A DNA stretch of 64,000 nt from assembly GCA_965201075.1 (NCBI GenBank), contig CBDAVP010000015.1:62001-126000 (forward strand), written 5' to 3'. The position numbers and the translations under genes were made by a program. Source of the DNA: Isosphaeraceae bacterium (GTDB lineage Bacteria > Planctomycetota > Planctomycetia > Isosphaerales > Isosphaeraceae). Positions within the stretch are counted from its first letter, which is position 1. Each line of letters opens with the position of its first letter. The notes under the pieces are model-generated. The model did no database searches and was not told the origin of the DNA. It was given only the letters and a program-made list of their open reading frames with translations. Shown piece by piece: positions 58,891 through 64,000 of the stretch.

Positions 58891-60503
58891 GCCCTGGCGC
58901 CGGCCCTCCCGATGAGCTTCGCGATTTATTTGACAGCTATTGCGACGGCCGCATCGACGATGAGGCGTTTCGTCGTCTCGAAGCGCGACTGCTGGCGAAT
59001 CCGTCGGCTCGTCGAGAGTTCGTCGAATTCTACCGATTGCACACCGAGCTCACCTTCGCGGTCCGCGCACGCAACGCCGCGTCGGCCTTCTTCGCACGCG
59101 CCCGGGGTGGTCCACTATTGAGCGAACAGCGAGGCGGGCCGAATTGGTTGGCGTTCCCGCCCGCGAGCCGAACCATTCGTCGAGTGGCCCGAGCCGTCGC
59201 GGCGGGCGTGGCCATCGCCGCCGTGGCTTACGGTGCGGGTCGCTCGGGCTGGCGGTCGACCATGGCCTCTCGGACTTCTGGCAACGTCGCCTGGTTGGTC
59301 AACGCCCAGGATTGCGTCTGGTCCGACGGCGACGCCAACCCCGGTGGCGATCTGGGTCCGGGTCGGATGCTCAGGCTCAGGCGAGGGCTCGCCGAATTCG
59401 AGTTTGGCCGAGGCGCCCGAGTTCTCATCCAGGGTCCGGCCGAACTGGAACTGCTCTCGGGCAACGAGGCTCGCCTTCGTTCCGGGGCGATCACCGCGCA
59501 CGTGCCGGCTGGGGCTCGGGGTTTCACCGTCCACACCCCGGGCGGCAAGGTCATCGACCTGGGGACCGAGTTCGGCCTGGCGGTCGATGGGACCGGCAGT
59601 AGCGCCCTGCGGGTCTTTGACGGCGAGGTCGAAGCGATCCCCGGTGATGGTGGACCGGGGGCGTCTGCCGTGAAGTTGTTTCAAAATCAGGCGGCTCGCC
59701 TCGACGGCCGGGCCGTGGAACTGGCGGTGGGACCCGTCGCCGGGCGATTTATCCGGTCGATCGTCCCCCGCCAGCCGGTCATCCCCCGCGTGACCTCTTT
59801 TCCCTTCGAGCGGCCGATCGAGGGGACCTTACTGGACGCCGAAAAACGGGGGATCGGTCTGACACACCGCTTGCCGGGGACCGGAGCCGACTGGCCGGAA
59901 GCCGACCCGAATTTTCACCTGGACACGCTCCAGGGGGCTCTGCAATTGAGCACGACCAGCAGCGACGTCAATACCCAGTTTCAGCTCGGCAGCGGCGAGT
60001 TTCCGGGGCTTCGCCTGGCGGATCTGGGGTGTTCGGGCGATGAGGATTTCGCCATTGCCGCCACGCTCCCCAACATTCCTGGACTCGACTATGTCGGCCA
60101 GTTTGGCCTGTATGTGGGAGCCGGCAGCGACCAGGTTTTGCGAGGCGGCCTGATCCGCCACGAGGCCCCCGATCATTACCGCCTTTTCCTGGTGAACAAC
60201 CACGGCGGACGAGACTCGGACCTGGAGGAGGTGGGTCTCACCAACATCGGCGATGACCTCCGGCTCATCCTGAAGCGGGTTGCCGGAGCGTTTTCCCTGG
60301 TCGTGGAAAACCAGACCCGCCACAGCTCCAGCACCCTGGCCATCGCCCACCCGTCCTACCTCGACGGTCACCGAGACCTGTATGTCGGAATCTTCGGCGC
60401 CAGCCCGAAGACCCAGCCCCGCACCCTGACTTTCCGCCACGTTGAGGTGACTGTCTGGGGAGTCAAGGACGGACCCGTCCCCGCCCGCGCCCCGGACCGT
60501 TGA
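58887..60503 (+). CDS. FecR-like anti-sigma factor
   Basis: N-terminal anti-sigma helices, a TM segment, GPAELEL and GFTVHTP..KVIDLGTEFG. Overlaps the ECF stop. Confidence 0.88.
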   Translation: MSPGAGPPDELRDLFDSYCDGRIDDEAFRRLEARLLANPSARREFVEFYRLHTELTFAVRARNAASAFFARARGGPLLSEQRGGPNWLAFPPASRTIRRVARAVAAGVAIAAVAYGAGRSGWRSTMASRTSGNVAWLVNAQDCVWSDGDANPGGDLGPGRMLRLRRGLAEFEFGRGARVLIQGPAELELLSGNEARLRSGAITAHVPAGARGFTVHTPGGKVIDLGTEFGLAVDGTGSSALRVFDGEVEAIPGDGGPGASAVKLFQNQAARLDGRAVELAVGPVAGRFIRSIVPRQPVIPRVTSFPFERPIEGTLLDAEKRGIGLTHRLPGTGADWPEADPNFHLDTLQGALQLSTTSSDVNTQFQLGSGEFPGLRLADLGCSGDEDFAIAATLPNIPGLDYVGQFGLYVGAGSDQVLRGGLIRHEAPDHYRLFLVNNHGGRDSDLEEVGLTNIGDDLRLILKRVAGAFSLVVENQTRHSSSTLAIAHPSYLDGHRDLYVGIFGASPKTQPRTLTFRHVEVTVWGVKDGPVPARAPDR

Positions 60504-60582
60504 CGACCAAACCGCCCCGCGCTTCCGCTCGCTCATCGACGGATCGGCTCCTTTCGACACGCACCGACCGAGGACACGAACC

Positions 60583-63500
60583 ATGCCTCGCTGCCTCTCG
60601 CTGGTTTCGGCCTTCGGGCTGTTCTTGACGACGCTTCCATCCCTGGCGGCCGACGAGCCGGGATCGACGCCGTTGAAGGTCCTGTTCCTGGGAGATCAGG
60701 GTCACCACCGGCCCGCCGATCGGGCGGCGCAGATTTCCCCGGTCCTGGCCGGTCGGGGGATCGTTGTCACCTATACCGAAGACCTCGGCCAACTCAACCT
60801 CGAAACCCTCCGCGCCTATGACGCCCTGGCGGTTTACGCCAATACGACCAAAATCTCGCCCGAGCAGGAAAAGGGGCTGATCGACTACGTTGAAGGCGGC
60901 GGCGGGTTTGTGCCGATTCACTGCGCCTCGTATTGCTTCCTCAACTCCGACGCCTATGTCCGACTGGTGGGGGCGCAGTTCCTCCGCCACGGGACCGGCG
61001 AGTTCGACACCAAGGTTGTCGATCCCAACCACCCGATTACTCGCGGACTGACTCCCTTTCACACCTGGGATGAAACCTACGTCCACTCCAAGCACAACCC
61101 GGAAGGTCGTCACGTCCTCCAGGTCCGCGTCGAGGGGGATCAGGAGGAACCTTGGACGTGGACGCGGAACCAGGGCAAGGGCCGGGTCTTCTACACCGCC
61201 TACGGCCACGACGCTCGCACCTGGGGCAACCCTGGGTTCCATGACCTATTGGAGCGCGGCATCCGTTGGGCGGCTGGCCGGGGCGAGGTCTTCGATAGCC
61301 GCCCCCGCGTCGCCGAGGGTCTGAAACCGTTCGCTTACACCGAGTCACCCGACAATATCCCGGTCTATCTGCCGGGCCAGCAGTGGGGGACGCAAGGCAA
61401 GCCGAGCCGTCGGATGCAGGAACCGGCGTCGCCCGAGGAGTCGGCCAGGCACCTCGCGTCGCCCAGGGGATTCGTGGCGAAGCTTTTCGCCGCCGAGCCG
61501 GACATCGCCAAGCCCATTTGCCTCGCCTGGGACCACCGAGGGCGCCTTTGGGTGGCCGAGACCGTCGACTACCCCAACAACCTTCAGCCTCGCGGCCAGG
61601 GTCACGACCGAATCAAAATTTGCGAGGACACCGATGGCGACGGCAAGGCCGACAAGTTCACCGTGTTCGCCGACGGCCTGAGCATCCCCACCAGCATCGT
61701 CTTCGGCGGCGGCGGCGTGATCGTTCATCAGGTTCCCGACACGGTCTTGCTGACCGACGCCGACGGCGATGACCACGCCGACGCTCGCAAGGTGCTCTTC
61801 AACGGCTGGGGCACTGGCGATACCCATGCCGGCCCCAGCAACCTTCGCTATGGATTTGACAACTGGATTTACGGGATCGTCGGCTATTCCGGGTTCCAGG
61901 GGACCGTTGGCGGCGAGGATCTCCAGTTCGGCCAGGGCTTTTATCGGTTCCGGCCCGATGGGTCGAAGCTCGAATTCCTCCGCAGCACCAGCAATAACTC
62001 CTGGGGTGTGGGACTTAGCGAGGAGGGCCTGGTCTTCGGCTCGACGGCCAACGGTTGCCCCAGCGTCTTCCTGCCGACCCCGAACCGCTATTATGAGTCG
62101 GTCCGCGGTCTGTCGCCGCGCGTTCTGGAGAGCATTGCCGACTCGAACCGCTTTTTTCCGATCACCGAGCATGTCCGCCAGGTCGACTATTTTGGGGGGT
62201 TCACCGCGGGCGCGGGGCACGCACTGTACACCGCCCGGACCTACCCGCGGGCTTACTGGAACAAGGCCGCGTTCGTCAGCGAACCCACCGGCCACATTGT
62301 CGCCACGTTCGCGCTGGAGCCCGAGGGCAGCAACTTCTCGGCCTTCTCCGCCGGGAATTTGCTGGCCAGCGACGACGAGTGGACCTCTCCGGTTGCCGCC
62401 GAGGTTGGCCCCGATGGCCAGGTCTGGGTGATCGACTGGTACAACTACATCGTCCAGCACAACCCCACGCCCCAGGGGTTCCGCAACGGCAAGGGGAACG
62501 CTTATGAAACCCCTCTGCGAGACAAAACCCACGGCCGCATCTACCGGGTCGTCGCTCTCGACGGTCCGCCGACCGCCCCGGTGAAGCTCGACCCCGCCGA
62601 TCCCCAGTCGCTGCTGGCCGGACTTCGCAGCGATAACCTTCTCTGGAGACTGCATGCGCAGCGGCTTCTGGTCGAGCGAGGCCAGGCCGACGTCGCCCCG
62701 GCCCTGGTCGAGATGACTCGGGACCCGAAGGTCGACGCGATTGGACTGAGCCCGGCGGCGATTCACGCGCTTTGGGCGTTGAAGGGATTGAACGCCCTCG
62801 GCGGTGAGAACGCCCCGCCGGTGGCCGATGAGGCGCTCAGTCATCCCTCGGCGGGCGTCCGACGCAACGCTTTGGCTGTCTTGCCAAGGGAGGAACAGTC
62901 GGCGGCCCGAATTGTTGCCTCGGGCGTGTTGAAGGACAGCAATGCCCAGGTCCGCCTGGCGGCGTTGCTGGCACTTTCGGAGATGCCCCGATCGGCCGAG
63001 GTTGCCAAGGTCCTGGCCGAGATTGTCGCGGACGATGTCCCACCCGCCGACCGAATCACCAACGACGCCCGGATCGTCGCCGCCGCGGCCCACGACCGCG
63101 AATTCCTGGAAGCCCTGGTCCGGGTTCGCCGCGATCAGGCGCCCGCGCCCATGACGCTTACCGTCGTTGAGAAGGTCGCCGAGCATTACGCCCGGGGCGC
63201 TCCGGCTCAGTCACTGGGGTCGTTGCTGGTGGCCATTGGCGACGGAACCCCCGTACTTTCCGAGGCGGTTGTCGCGGGCCTGGCGACGGGCTGGCCCCGA
63301 GGCAAGCCGGCCACGCTCGACGAGGCCGCCGAGAAGGCGTTGATCCACCTGGCGACCAGCCTGCCGCCCACCTCCCGAGGCCGCCTCGTCCAGTTGGCCA
63401 GTCGCCTGGAAAGTCATGCTCTGGAAAAATACGCTGGAGTGATCGCCGAGAGCTTCGAGAAGGTGGTCCGCGACGAGTCGCAACCCGATGACGACCGGAT

Positions 63501-64000
63501 CAACGCCGCTCAGCAACTGGTCCTCCTGCGTCCGGGAGACGCCCATGCGGCGGGGGAATTGCTGGGGTTGATTACTCCCCGGACCTCCCCTCCCCTGGCC
63601 GTTGGGCTGATCGGCGCCGTGGCCCGCAGCGAGGCGACCGGCACCGGTCCACTGCTGGCCGCCCGCGCCGACGCCTTCACCCCCGGGGTCCGGCCCGCCG
63701 CGCTGCGGGCCTTGCTGGGTCGAGGAGAGTGGACCGCCGCCCTGCTCGACGCCGCCGAAACGGGCCAGGTCCGGTTGGCGGAACTTACCCTCGACCAGAA
63801 ACAGGCCCTTCTCACCCACCGGGACCGCGCCCTCGCCGGTCGCGCCAAGATTCTGCTGGCGGAGGGGGGACTGCCCGACCCCGACCGTCAAAAGGTGATC
63901 GAGGAACTTGCCCCGAACGTCCTCAATGGGGGGGACGCCGCCAGGGGTAAGCTCGTCTTCACCGCCCAGTGCTCCAAGTGCCACGCCCACTCCGGAGAGG
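60583..64000 (+). CDS. PVC-type heme-binding protein (ThuA + beta-propeller + HEAT + cytochrome c), truncated by window end
   Basis: Signal peptide; ThuA (GGGFVPIHCAS, GRVFYTAYGHD); LFAAEPDI.KP, DTDGDGKAD and GPDGQVW.IDWYN; CSKCH at about 63970. Frame open to the window edge. Confidence 0.9.
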   Translation, partial: MPRCLSLVSAFGLFLTTLPSLAADEPGSTPLKVLFLGDQGHHRPADRAAQISPVLAGRGIVVTYTEDLGQLNLETLRAYDALAVYANTTKISPEQEKGLIDYVEGGGGFVPIHCASYCFLNSDAYVRLVGAQFLRHGTGEFDTKVVDPNHPITRGLTPFHTWDETYVHSKHNPEGRHVLQVRVEGDQEEPWTWTRNQGKGRVFYTAYGHDARTWGNPGFHDLLERGIRWAAGRGEVFDSRPRVAEGLKPFAYTESPDNIPVYLPGQQWGTQGKPSRRMQEPASPEESARHLASPRGFVAKLFAAEPDIAKPICLAWDHRGRLWVAETVDYPNNLQPRGQGHDRIKICEDTDGDGKADKFTVFADGLSIPTSIVFGGGGVIVHQVPDTVLLTDADGDDHADARKVLFNGWGTGDTHAGPSNLRYGFDNWIYGIVGYSGFQGTVGGEDLQFGQGFYRFRPDGSKLEFLRSTSNNSWGVGLSEEGLVFGSTANGCPSVFLPTPNRYYESVRGLSPRVLESIADSNRFFPITEHVRQVDYFGGFTAGAGHALYTARTYPRAYWNKAAFVSEPTGHIVATFALEPEGSNFSAFSAGNLLASDDEWTSPVAAEVGPDGQVWVIDWYNYIVQHNPTPQGFRNGKGNAYETPLRDKTHGRIYRVVALDGPPTAPVKLDPADPQSLLAGLRSDNLLWRLHAQRLLVERGQADVAPALVEMTRDPKVDAIGLSPAAIHALWALKGLNALGGENAPPVADEALSHPSAGVRRNALAVLPREEQSAARIVASGVLKDSNAQVRLAALLALSEMPRSAEVAKVLAEIVADDVPPADRITNDARIVAAAAHDREFLEALVRVRRDQAPAPMTLTVVEKVAEHYARGAPAQSLGSLLVAIGDGTPVLSEAVVAGLATGWPRGKPATLDEAAEKALIHLATSLPPTSRGRLVQLASRLESHALEKYAGVIAESFEKVVRDESQPDDDRINAAQQLVLLRPGDAHAAGELLGLITPRTSPPLAVGLIGAVARSEATGTGPLLAARADAFTPGVRPAALRALLGRGEWTAALLDAAETGQVRLAELTLDQKQALLTHRDRALAGRAKILLAEGGLPDPDRQKVIEELAPNVLNGGDAARGKLVFTAQCSKCHAHSGE

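Overview
GC-rich bacterial chromosome segment, almost certainly from a planctomycete (Isosphaeraceae-like). The clues are DUF1559, ECF/FecR, PVC-type heme protein and LEPR-xLL secreted proteins. It is mostly housekeeping and envelope genes: def-fmt, a Gld-like ABC system, an RND pump, sppA, MacB-type ABC transporters, cmk-plsC, photolyase, rpsA, a group-2 sigma factor, polX, tRNA-Val(TAC) and tRNA-Pro(CGG). The most striking region is 43.7-45.8 kb. There a non-coding, hairpin-rich tandem array of about seven 132-133 bp units upstream of rpsA has been split by an intact 1,188 bp IS110-family element. The parts of that element's RNA-guided recombination system can be read directly from the sequence. 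They are a CT core without a target duplication, a sigma70 promoter (TTGACT-17-TATGTT) that exists only in the excised circle, and a non-coding left end that folds into a two-loop bridge RNA. Its guide segments match both the element's own junction and the array target, including handshake bases. The bridge-RNA class is known, but I do not recognise this particular element, its target specificity or the host array. Other leads are an IS66 remnant next to a block of large secreted orphan genes, a photolyase with substitutions at normally conserved FAD residues and a probable leaderless mRNA, and a redoxin/heme-c/Cu-monooxygenase/CBM48-like fusion. All product calls come from motif recognition by eye, with no database searches.
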